From a virus (taxonomy: Duplodnaviria > Caudoviricetes), in the IMG/VR virus record IMGVR_UViG_3300037067_012456, positions 1 to 64,000 of that record: a stretch of 64,000 nucleotides of DNA; one strand, 5' to 3'. Under the pieces are notes generated by a model, which searched no databases, was not told where the DNA came from, and saw nothing but the letters and a program-made list of their open reading frames with translations. Below, in pieces: positions 8,232 through 16,958 of the stretch. A program made the position numbers and the translations under genes. Every line of letters starts with the position of its first letter. The stretch's first letter is position 1.

Positions 8232-8618
8232 TAATATCTCCTTTTATTTTTATATTTCACTCCAAAACCAATCAACTTCTTCTGGTACTAATTGTAAATT
8301 TTTACGTACATCATTTTTTTGTTTATCTAAATCAATTATACCAGTTATTCCATTAAATCTCTGTTTAAATATTTTAGTTAAAGCATTTCTACTATCATCT
8401 GCTATAACATAAATATATTCTATAGTATCTTTATGCTGAATATGTGATTTAAATAATTTCATTATGATATCTTAAATTTATTACCACGAAATGAACAATA
8501 TTTCATACATCCAGTATTAGTTAGTCGTTTTAATTGCATTCTATTCCAATCAATATATAAATTAGCCATAATATAAATATCAAGTTTTTTACAAATCCAA
8601 CACAAAAGTTCTGCAAAA

Positions 8619-9335
8619 TTATTCTTTAGAAATTCTTTCATACTCTTTTTCCTCTTTATTTTCATTTATAATTAAATTCATCCACCATTTAGTATCAGGA
8701 ACACAATTTAATCCATACCATCTACAACCAAAAGATTCTCCTTGTATAAACTCATGCCAATGACCAAAATACCAATTTGAAGGATTTAATTTAAAAAATA
8801 TTTGATTTAATGCATACATTGAAGGATCTTTTGCTTTATCAAATATATTTAATCTTTCAAAAATTCTAAAATCAAATGGACATGTATGACTACAAATAAT
8901 GTCAATTTTATGAGGAGTTTGTAAGCAATAATTCATATCATGACTATTTAGATATTCTTGTTCCCACCAAGATACACCTATTAGCCTATTTTGTTTATCA
9001 ATAGAATCTGCCCCACCAATAAACATTATTCGTTTTCCATTTATTTCTAAAGTAGAACCTATGGGACAATAAAATATATTAGGTTCAATTTCAACTGGAT
9101 CTGGTCCTCGTCTTCCTACGTATTTTTCAATTTGATCCCAATTTTCATGGTTTCCCGGAATTAGGTAAATTTTGCAGTCTCCTGGTTTTATTTTTTCAAA
9201 ACCATAAATTTCTTCAGGAGAAAAGTAGTATGCGTTGTCTCCAAGTTGGATCAATATATCTGGTTTTTTATTATTTATAAGAGTATTTAAATCACCAAAT
9301 CTTCCGTGAATATCACCGCAAGCTATAATTTTCAT
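8619..9335 (-). CDS. calcineurin-like metallophosphoesterase
   Basis: GDIHG, LGD, GNHE, SHT, GHWH. Confidence 0.9.
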   Translation of the reverse strand: MKIIACGDIHGRFGDLNTLINNKKPDILIQLGDNAYYFSPEEIYGFEKIKPGDCKIYLIPGNHENWDQIEKYVGRRGPDPVEIEPNIFYCPIGSTLEINGKRIMFIGGADSIDKQNRLIGVSWWEQEYLNSHDMNYCLQTPHKIDIICSHTCPFDFRIFERLNIFDKAKDPSMYALNQIFFKLNPSNWYFGHWHEFIQGESFGCRWYGLNCVPDTKWWMNLIINENKEEKEYERISKE

Positions 9336-9434
9336 ATAATTTAATACCTTTTATGTAAAATCTGTAAAAAATAACCACCACAATAGAAAGGTAGAAATTA
9401 TTAAAAATAGAATTATTATAAAATAAATCATATA

Positions 9435-9755
9435 TTAATCTTTATCTTTTTTATCTTTCTTTTTATCTTTACCTTGATCTATACTAGGACCCTCACCTTC
9501 CATTTCTTTAGCATGAAGATCTGAATGACATTTCCTACATAGAATTTTACATTTTGCTGCTTCTTTTTTAAATCTAGCTGGTGCCCAGGACCATATCTTA
9601 TGATCTTCTTTTTTATGTTTATCTAAATGATGAAGTTCTAGATTTTTTGTAGATCCACATTTCTCACATTTCTTACCTTTAAAAAATACCTTTTTTCTAT
9701 CTTTTAACCAATTTCTTTGGTATTCTTGTTTATCTTCTAGTTTTTTAAAGGGCAT
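9435..9755 (-). CDS. HNH endonuclease
   Basis: CEKC...LELHH...LCRKCH...H. Confidence 0.8.
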   Translation of the reverse strand: MPFKKLEDKQEYQRNWLKDRKKVFFKGKKCEKCGSTKNLELHHLDKHKKEDHKIWSWAPARFKKEAAKCKILCRKCHSDLHAKEMEGEGPSIDQGKDKKKDKKDKD

Positions 9756-10191
9756 CTTTTGTTCCTTCCTGTTTTATTTTCTCTTTGACAATTTTTTCTT
9801 TAACTTTTTTTTCATTTTCATAGAACCACTGAACTCCAAGAATGGTATCTTTTGGTCCTTCCTTTTCATCTTTTCCATCAGAGATACTAAAAGCTAATCT
9901 ATCCCCAATAAGAATATCAGTAATAGTCGCTATAATACTGAGAGTGGAAATCCCAAATTTTACCATATTTGGATCTTCTGCAGTTCCCATATTAATCAAA
10001 CCAGATTCAGGATTTTCCTGTTCATATTCATATAGTTTATTACTATCAATAGCTTCTATTTTTTTATTAAATTCAGTATAAGTAATAGGTTGACACAATT
10101 TAATAAGATCATTTAGAACCCTAATAACTCTATCTTTTCTTTCTTTGAAATCCTTTTCTTCAGCTAAACGAGTAATTTCCCAAATATTCAT
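9745..10191 (-). CDS. hypothetical protein
   Basis: 148-aa ORF with gagg RBS. Confidence 0.6.
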   Translation of the reverse strand: MNIWEITRLAEEKDFKERKDRVIRVLNDLIKLCQPITYTEFNKKIEAIDSNKLYEYEQENPESGLINMGTAEDPNMVKFGISTLSIIATITDILIGDRLAFSISDGKDEKEGPKDTILGVQWFYENEKKVKEKIVKEKIKQEGTKDAL

Positions 10192-10224
10192 GAATAAGAC
10201 CTCTCTTTAAATAAAAGTGTACTT

Positions 10225-10566
10225 TTACTTCTTTTTATTAACTTTTTTATTACTCTTTTTAACCGTTTTTTTATTAATAAATTGCTTACAAAGTTTAAAA
10301 TTAAATCTTATTCCATACATCTCTTCATAATAAAAAAGAACTCTATGTAATTCATATGATTTATCATTACAAACTCTAAAATCTTCTTTATTCTTTAGAT
10401 GTTTATCACAATTATTATGAAAATCATCATATATAGAACATACATATCTTGTAAACTCATATTTTTCTTGTTTTGCTAATTGTTCATCTGCTTCTTGTTG
10501 AGCTTTTAATATAGCACAGGAACTAAAAGAAAATGCTATTATTAGTATAATTATTAATTTTTTCAT
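10225..10566 (-). CDS. putative lipoprotein
   Basis: MKK, hydrophobic stretch, lipobox-like FSSC. Confidence 0.65.
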   Translation of the reverse strand: MKKLIIILIIAFSFSSCAILKAQQEADEQLAKQEKYEFTRYVCSIYDDFHNNCDKHLKNKEDFRVCNDKSYELHRVLFYYEEMYGIRFNFKLCKQFINKKTVKKSNKKVNKKK

Positions 10567-10991
10567 ATTTTTTCCATTTGTTCTAATTCTTCAATTAAAA
10601 ACGAATCTTTACATCTTTTACAATAAACAATAGGTTCAAATGAATGACCATGAAAATCAGATGAATTACAAGTAGGACATTTATAATTATCATTAATATA
10701 TTTAATAGAAATCATATTAATTATCTTCTTTATTCAAGTTTTTTAAATCTTCTAATTCACCTTTATATAATTCTTCTACACTTAAATCCATAGAAGATTC
10801 TAATGTTGCTTTTTCTACAGTCCATAAAATATAAGTCAATCTAAAAAATATTAAAAACCAAATAGGAAATTTCTTTAATCTCTCTCTACCAAATATCTTA
10901 AATAATATTTTATGAGATAAATGTTCTTTAAATTTAATTGTTTTAGTAGTTATTTGAGGATCATAATATTGTTTCATATAATTCCTTTGAT

Positions 10992-11074
10992 TAGGTTGGG
11001 AGGGAGTCGAACCCTCAATCCGTAACGGCATCAGGGCTTAAACCTGATGTGTATGCCAATTCCACCACCAACCC
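10992..11074 (-). tRNA. tRNA-Leu(UAA)
   Basis: GGGTTGG/CCAACCT; tcagg-ttTAAgc-cctga; long variable arm. Confidence 0.93.
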
Positions 11075-11509
11075 ATATTTCAATCTTTAGGATTCATTGC
11101 TCTTCCATTAGGACAGATACAATAAACCTTTTTTCCAACTTTTAATCCTGCGGGAGTAATCGCTGTATTTGTAGTATCAATAAATCCAGTATTACCGCAT
11201 AAACAACAATGATGCCCAGTTACATCATCTAAATAATGAGTATACCAATAATCTCTTAATATTTTTTTAAACTTCATCTATTTTTTAATTTTTATCTATA
11301 TTATTTATATTAAAAATAATTTTTAAAACACCAATATTTTTTCTCAAAATTTGGAAATCTAACAAACCTAAATTCACAATTTTTACATAATTTAAATGGA
11401 GTTCGTATAAAGAATTTATACCATACTTTTTTATAAAATTTACAATCATTATTTTGGTTTAAAGGAAATTTATCAAATTCAATTTTTATCATATATCCTC
11501 TTTTTTATG

Positions 11510-11581
11510 AGCACGATATCCGATTTGAACGGATGAATAGGAGCTTTGCAGGCTCCTGCCTTTCCTCTTGGCCAATCGTGC
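11510..11581 (-). tRNA. tRNA-Cys(GCA)
   Basis: GCACGAT/ATCGTGC, U73; ggagc-ctGCAaa-gctcc. Confidence 0.93.
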
Positions 11582-11587
11582 TAAATG

Positions 11588-11658
11588 CAGACCCGAAACG
11601 AATCGAACGTTTGATATCGGGGCCAAAACCCGGTGCCTTACCACTTGGCTACGGGTCT
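11588..11658 (-). tRNA. tRNA-Gln(UUG)
   Basis: AGACCCG/CGGGTCT, G73; loop ttTTGgc. Confidence 0.92.
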
Positions 11659-11663
11659 AAAAA

Positions 11664-11759
11664 GAATGGTTTAGTTTGAGTGTACGTGCACTTTTTTTCA
11701 AATTTGTTTATACTCACGAAAAAGGTATTTGAAAACCTTGGAATAAAATTCCACCATTC
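11664..11759. ncRNA. putative four-way-junction RNA with loop-loop pseudoknot
   Basis: closing gaatggt/accattc; hairpins ggaat/attcc, aaggt/acctt, tgagt/actca; loop tttcaaat complementary to atttgaaa in the next loop. Confidence 0.55.
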
Positions 11760-11762
11760 AAT

Positions 11763-11827
11763 TGAAGAATTATGAGATTCGAACTCATGCTGCCTGCCGG
11801 AGTGCTACCGCTACACCAAATTCTTCA
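11763..11827 (-). ncRNA. anticodon-less tRNA-like RNA (His-like G-1:C73 acceptor)
   Basis: acceptor GAAGAATT/AATTCTTC; D arm gtgt-agcggta-gcac; T arm atgag-TTCGAAT-ctcat; anticodon arm reduced to cc-ggca-gg. Confidence 0.75.
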
Positions 11828-11854
11828 CTCGTTTTTTTGATCTGATCTAAATAT

Positions 11855-11883
11855 AATATACATCATGTATACCTTAAAGTCAA
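11855..11883 (-). promoter_or_regulatory. sigma70-type promoter
   Basis: TTGACT-17-TATATT. Confidence 0.7.
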
Positions 11884-11916
11884 GTAATTTTATTATTATT
11901 TTTAATAATTTTAATG

Positions 11917-12009
11917 CGGAGCAGGAAGGCATCGAACCTTCACACCAGCTTACTAGGCCAATGACCAGTTTTCAAGACTGGGCCGATACCAGTTTCGGTT
12001 GACTGCTCC
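11917..12009 (-). tRNA. tRNA-Ser(UGA)
   Basis: GGAGCAG/CTGCTCC, G73; ccagt-ctTGAaa-actgg; long variable arm. Confidence 0.93.
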
Positions 12010-12012
12010 ATG

Positions 12013-12096
12013 CGGAAGGTATAGGAATTGGACCTATGTAGGAGTTACCCCGCCTCGGTTTAGCAAACCGGCCTATTACCACTCTAGCAACCTTCC
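12013..12096 (-). tRNA. tRNA-Ser(GCU)
   Basis: GGAAGGT/ACCTTCC, G73; loop ttGCTaa; long variable arm. Confidence 0.92.
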
Positions 12097-12098
12097 AT

Positions 12099-12169
12099 TA
12101 GGGCTACCCAGGATTGAACTGGGACTGCCTGGCTGAAAACCAGATGTTCTACCATTAAACTATAGCCCC
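12099..12169 (-). tRNA. tRNA-Glu(UUC)
   Basis: GGGGCTA/TAGCCCT; tctgg-ttTTCag-ccagg. Confidence 0.88.
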
Positions 12170-12173
12170 TTAT

Positions 12174-12245
12174 TGGACCTTACCGGTTATGCTCCGGTTC
12201 CTCCTGCTTGCAGGGCAGGGATTCTCCTGATTAAACTAAAGGCCC
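12174..12245 (-). tRNA. tRNA-Ala(UGC)
   Basis: GGGCCTT/AAGGTCC with G3:U70, A73; cctgc-ccTGCaa-gcagg; atypical T-loop AGCATAA. Confidence 0.88.
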
Positions 12246-12249
12246 TGTG

Positions 12250-12322
12250 TGTGTTGAGATGGATTTGAACCACCACCTGACGGGTTACAGCCGTGTATGC
12301 TACCGTTAAACACTATCAACAC
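12250..12322 (-). tRNA. tRNA-Tyr(GUA), short variable loop
   Basis: GTGTTGA/TCAACAC, A73; acgg-ctGTAac-ccgt; variable loop only 4 nt. Confidence 0.85.
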
Positions 12323-12324
12323 AT

Positions 12325-12355
12325 AAAAAAACCTAGGATTTTGGTCCTAGGTTTT
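12325..12355 (-). terminator. attenuator terminator immediately 5' of the tRNA operon
   Basis: aaaacctagga-ccaaaa-tcctaggtttt hairpin with a U7 tract ending 2 nt before tRNA-Tyr. Confidence 0.85.
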
Positions 12356-12381
12356 CGAAATATATTATAACAAAAATCGAA

Positions 12382-12507
12382 TCACATAGGACTTTTTATA
12401 CTCCCCAATGCTGCACGTTCGTTTTGTGAACTGGACACGGAGTATCTAGCACTATTTTGTAAATAGGCTCTCTGTTCGTAAGATTGATATGTAACTCGAT
12501 TTCTCAT
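12382..12507 (-). CDS. putative attenuator leader peptide (41 aa)
   Basis: MRNRVTYQSYEQRAYLQNSARYSVSSSQNERAALGSIKSPM*; ATG at the predicted +1; stop codon lies inside the antiterminator 5' strand. Confidence 0.75.
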   Translation of the reverse strand: MRNRVTYQSYEQRAYLQNSARYSVSSSQNERAALGSIKSPM

Positions 12508-12513
12508 ATTATA

Positions 12514-12541
12514 ATAATACCAATTATATCTAAAAAGTCAA
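12514..12541 (-). promoter_or_regulatory. sigma70-type promoter giving a leaderless leader-peptide transcript
   Basis: TTGACT-16-TATTAT with extended TGn; 6 nt between the -10 box and the ATG. Confidence 0.75.
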
Positions 12542-12572
12542 CCTTTTTATAGTAAAAAAATGGAAAAAATGA

Positions 12573-12743
12573 TTATTTTCCTCGTACAGATTTAAAATCA
12601 TCTGGAACTATAATAGGTGTATTATATATCCTTTTTGCCTTTTTACCACACTCACATTCTACAAATTCTGGAAAGTTTTCTTGACCATAAGGTTTCTTAT
12701 ATTCAATAATTTTTCCACATTCACATTTATAATCTGCTAACAT
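12573..12743 (-). CDS. FmdB-like zinc-ribbon protein (56 aa)
   Basis: MLADYKCECG...ECECGKKAKRIY; aggag RBS; read manually. Confidence 0.7.
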   Translation of the reverse strand: MLADYKCECGKIIEYKKPYGQENFPEFVECECGKKAKRIYNTPIIVPDDFKSVRGK

Positions 12744-13199
12744 TTAAATCTCCTTTAATAGTTTTGTTTCTTATTTGATTATGTATTCATCTAAATGATA
12801 TTTTAAATAATGTGTTAATCTTTTTGTTTGAATTTTTGATATTATTTCATCATTTCCTTTTATATCTTTATATGTTAGATTATCATGGTTTAAATAAACT
12901 TGAAGTTCAAAAATATCATGAAAATTAGGATCATTACTTATATCTTCTTTTTTACAGAAATTAATTCCGATTTTTCTTGCTGCTTTTTTATCTCTATTAG
13001 ATAAAGAACATTTTCCATTTCCTACATATATATGCTCATATACAGATTTGTAATTGTGTATAGCTACAAATCCTAATTTCGGACGTATTGATTTATTATA
13101 AAAACAATGTAAAATAGAACAATTAGATCCAATTTTTAAATATTTTTTTGCTGAATTATTTACAAATCTATCGATGGGAGATTTATTCATTTATATCTC

Positions 13200-13682
13200 C
13201 TATTTTGATTTTAATCTAAGTAATTTTCTATGTTCTTCTTCATGTTCTACGAATTCACGTTTATGATCTTCTGCTTGTTGTTGAATAGTATCAAAAGCTG
13301 CATAAATAGAAGCAGAAGTTTCCATCAATTTTTTAACTTGATATCCAAAATCTGCAGATATTCTAACATTCTTTTTTAAACCTTGCATATTAGTAATATA
13401 GACTTTTTCAGCATCTTTTACATATTTTTTCATATCAGTAATAATCATTTCCATATGACGAAGTTCTGCAGCTTGTTCTTCTAGTTCTAAAAGATGTTCT
13501 TGTTCTATACGAGCGAGATCACTTTTATGTTTTTCATCTAAATCATCTGAAATTCTTTTACGAATTTTATCTTCTCTTCTAGCTATAAAGTCATTAAGAG
13601 ATGCTTTTTCTACATAACCATTTTTTAATAATAAATTAACTAGAAATAATAAGATTGAGCTTTTTACTTTTTTTATTGTCAT
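13200..13682 (-). CDS. coiled-coil hypothetical protein
   Basis: charged helical 160-aa ORF with aagga RBS. Confidence 0.55.
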   Translation of the reverse strand: MTIKKVKSSILLFLVNLLLKNGYVEKASLNDFIARREDKIRKRISDDLDEKHKSDLARIEQEHLLELEEQAAELRHMEMIITDMKKYVKDAEKVYITNMQGLKKNVRISADFGYQVKKLMETSASIYAAFDTIQQQAEDHKREFVEHEEEHRKLLRLKSK

Positions 13683-14183
13683 TTTTGTTTTCCTTTTTTA
13701 TTATTTTAATTCCCTTTTCTCCATATTTATTATAATTTTTAGAACAATTAATTGGTAAATTAAATCCAATTTTTTTAGGTAACTTTTTTGCCCATTTATA
13801 TAATTTTCTATTCAAAAAATAAATTAAAATTGCTTTTTTAATTACCTTAATATATTCATAAATATTCCCATTAATATGTAAAAATATAAATTTTCTATGA
13901 TTATAATTATATGTCATAAATATATATGGATCTTTATCAAATCTGTTATATATCCTAAAATTTTTAGGGGGATTTAAATTTTTTTCATCAAATCCAATAT
14001 GTATTTTTGATCCATCTTCTAAATGACTTGAACAACAGGAAATTGTTTTATATCCCTTTTCATTTAGAATTTTTATAGTTAGATATATTAAATCATCTAT
14101 ATTTGCACGATCTTCACAATAATTCCAGCAATAATTAGGATTAAATCCATTTATTGGTTTAAATGTTTTTAAACAAGTTAACA

Positions 14184-16724
14184 TTAGTCTTCCATTAAAT
14201 CCTTTTTACTTGCATTAATCCTTTTTTGTTCTTCTTTATCCAATATTTGATAAAAACACGTAGTATTTGGATCAAATACAAAATTAACTAATTTATTACC
14301 TTCTCCCATACGTTGTTTTAGAAAGATAACTTCAGCTATATTTTTATTTATATCATCTTGCATAGCTACCAATGATGCATCTTGGTCACTAGGATCAAAA
14401 TTAAAACTACCTTGTTCTAATACACTTTCTTGTACATTTGTTTTAATTGCTGTTTTTGGATTATAAAATGGTCTATGAATACCAAATATTAAATCTGAAA
14501 TTTCCGTTAATGCTCCAGAGTTTTTAAGATCCTGCATTGTTGGACGAGTATCTTTTCTATTAGCAACATCTCTTCTAATCTGAGCAACTAAAGACATATG
14601 AACACCAAGTTCTTTAGTCATATTTTGAATTATATTACAATTTTTTTCATAATCTCTAGCAAAGTTATCACTACTTTGAAATTCTTTTATTTTACCAAAA
14701 AGGTCAATAAAACATACAATATATTCTGTTTTAAGATGATCTTGTAAAAGCATTATTTGTTCTCTTATAGTATTCAAACTAGGACTTGGTTTATCATTAA
14801 AGAATAGATTATAATTTTTTTCAAGACGTTTTACTTCTGCATAATAGAATGCTTGTTCTTCTTCTGTTAATTCACTTATATTTGATACTACTTTTGTTAT
14901 AGGCAATTGACTATTAAAAGCTAATAGTTTATGAATCAATGGAGTTGTATTCATTTCCAATGCAAATTGGGCTGCAATAATTCCTTTATTAGCAAGATTT
15001 TTCATAGAGGAAAGACAAAATGATGAATTATGTGTAACTGTGAAATCATCATGTAAATACAAACCATCTTTATCTAATTCAAATCCAAAAAATTCTTCTT
15101 TTCCTAAAAATTTTATTTTAATACGAGAAATTATTGGTTCATATTTTTGTAATCTTTTTTCTGCTTTTTTTCTTTTTACTTTACAAGGTATTGTATCATT
15201 ATAGCCACATATTCTAATTCTCCAATAATATCCTTCAAATCCAGTAGATTTTATTTGTTTTTTTTCATATTTTGCGGTACAATAAAATCCAAGACTTCTC
15301 CCAAGAAATAATATATCATCTTTTAATTTAGGATATTTAGTAGAAATTTCATGAATTTTTGATGTCATATATCCATCAGTATCTATCAAACCAGCTAATA
15401 ATTGTAATCTTAATTCTTTTGAATTATATAAATAATCTTTTGGTATATGTTTATTATTTATTAAATTATATTTTTGTAATTTATTAAAAATATAATTTTT
15501 TTCTTTATTATTTCTTTTTATTCTACAATTTGGACAATTTGGTTTCTCTTTAATATTATCTTCATGATAAAGCATTCCTAATCTATTTGCATATTCTTTT
15601 AAATAAGTTCTGATTTCAATATCAGGATTAGATATAGCAGTAGAATCACTATGGCCATCTCCAATCCAACATCCAATAAAATATGGTTCAATAGAAACTT
15701 CTTTTTCAGGAAAATCAATAATAGCTTTATAACCTGTATACTGTTGAAAAAAATAATTTGGTTTTTTCAATGCATCTTCTACAGATATATTTAATATTTC
15801 ACCATTTTCTTTCCACCCAATTGCTGTAGTACTCTTCTTTTTTGCTCCTATTTTAGTTCTAATTGATTCTCCGGTTTTTCTTAATGATAAAATATGATTT
15901 TTATTCACATAATAATCATTTCCTCTATTTTGATGTATTTTATATATATCTCCAAAACCATGATTTAAACTTAATACTTTCCTTGGTAAAGAATCTGGAC
16001 CCATTAAAAAATCACCAATTTTTATATCTTCAATCTTTTTAAAAGAACAATCATACATCATTATAAGTGTTCCTTTTCTTTCGCATTTCCCCATTCCTGC
16101 TAGGGCCGTTATTACAGAAATTTGTTTAGGAGCAAATCCTTCTGTACACAGTTCATCTAATGTAGAGAATCCTGTTGTATATTTATCTATGCTATTATTT
16201 TTATTTAAAAGATATTGAGGCATTAAATCCGCAACACTTTGAAAATCGAGTCTTGAACCAGAATATCCTCTTTCTACTACAGAATCAAAGTAATTTAATC
16301 TTTCTTCTATATCTGATAATTTTGTAGATGGATCACAACATACACTAATTAAAGCACTATTTTTTTCTATTAATTTAGTTTTAACACTATCTACTATTAA
16401 TTTTTGATAATGTTCTTTAAAATTTTCAAGAGGAATTTCTGTAAAATTAGTAATTAAATTAGATAGAAATTCAAAAGTAACATAGAATTTAAGAGGACTT
16501 CCTTTTGATTTTAAAAGAATAGCATCAATATTTACATCCATTTTACTATTAGATGCTTCTATTACTGACCATCCAATAGTTTGATATTCTTTATTTCTAA
16601 AAACTTGCCAGTTTCCTTGTCGTACAAAGAAATCTCTATTTTCTGAATTTAAAATAATATTTGAAGCTAATAGAGCTTCATTATCATTATCTATTGGATA
16701 ATCAAATAGCGTTGTATCAGACAT
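14184..16724 (-). CDS. dnaB: replicative DnaB-like helicase (intein-containing)
   Basis: Walker A ALAGMGK|SS split by an intein; FALEM, AQIRR, RPTMQDLKNSG, KQRMG. Confidence 0.92.
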   Translation of the reverse strand: MSDTTLFDYPIDNDNEALLASNIILNSENRDFFVRQGNWQVFRNKEYQTIGWSVIEASNSKMDVNIDAILLKSKGSPLKFYVTFEFLSNLITNFTEIPLENFKEHYQKLIVDSVKTKLIEKNSALISVCCDPSTKLSDIEERLNYFDSVVERGYSGSRLDFQSVADLMPQYLLNKNNSIDKYTTGFSTLDELCTEGFAPKQISVITALAGMGKCERKGTLIMMYDCSFKKIEDIKIGDFLMGPDSLPRKVLSLNHGFGDIYKIHQNRGNDYYVNKNHILSLRKTGESIRTKIGAKKKSTTAIGWKENGEILNISVEDALKKPNYFFQQYTGYKAIIDFPEKEVSIEPYFIGCWIGDGHSDSTAISNPDIEIRTYLKEYANRLGMLYHEDNIKEKPNCPNCRIKRNNKEKNYIFNKLQKYNLINNKHIPKDYLYNSKELRLQLLAGLIDTDGYMTSKIHEISTKYPKLKDDILFLGRSLGFYCTAKYEKKQIKSTGFEGYYWRIRICGYNDTIPCKVKRKKAEKRLQKYEPIISRIKIKFLGKEEFFGFELDKDGLYLHDDFTVTHNSSFCLSSMKNLANKGIIAAQFALEMNTTPLIHKLLAFNSQLPITKVVSNISELTEEEQAFYYAEVKRLEKNYNLFFNDKPSPSLNTIREQIMLLQDHLKTEYIVCFIDLFGKIKEFQSSDNFARDYEKNCNIIQNMTKELGVHMSLVAQIRRDVANRKDTRPTMQDLKNSGALTEISDLIFGIHRPFYNPKTAIKTNVQESVLEQGSFNFDPSDQDASLVAMQDDINKNIAEVIFLKQRMGEGNKLVNFVFDPNTTCFYQILDKEEQKRINASKKDLMED
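15027..16085 (-). mobile_element. intein with LAGLIDADG endonuclease in DnaB
   Basis: starts CERKGT, ends VTHN before Ser; LAGLIDTDG block. Confidence 0.92.
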
Positions 16725-16786
16725 TAATAATTTTCCTTATATTTCCGAACTTTTCGTAATATCTCAATTTACATAAAATATTTATA

Positions 16787-16957
16787 TTAGTCAACCGGTA
16801 AATTTAAATCTTTATCAAATTTTCCATCTAAAAATTCTTCAACCAAGTAGAAAATGACATCTTTCATAGGAATGTCATAAAAATGACATTTATTTTTAAG
16901 AGCTAAATACATATCTTCTGTTAAATTAATACCTAATTTATATGTTTTTTCATTCAT
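16787..16957 (-). CDS. ribbon-helix-helix-like DNA-binding protein (56 aa)
   Basis: MNEKTYKLGINLTEDMYLALK...MKDVIFYLVEEFL; read manually. Confidence 0.55.
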   Translation of the reverse strand: MNEKTYKLGINLTEDMYLALKNKCHFYDIPMKDVIFYLVEEFLDGKFDKDLNLPVD

Positions 16958-16958
16958 A

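Noticed and set aside
10978-11031. N-terminal extensions of track ORFs 10717..11031, 6791..7060 and 6402..6686
   Set aside because: They overlap tRNA or structured-RNA genes; downstream ATGs (10977, 6988, 6599) are more plausible.
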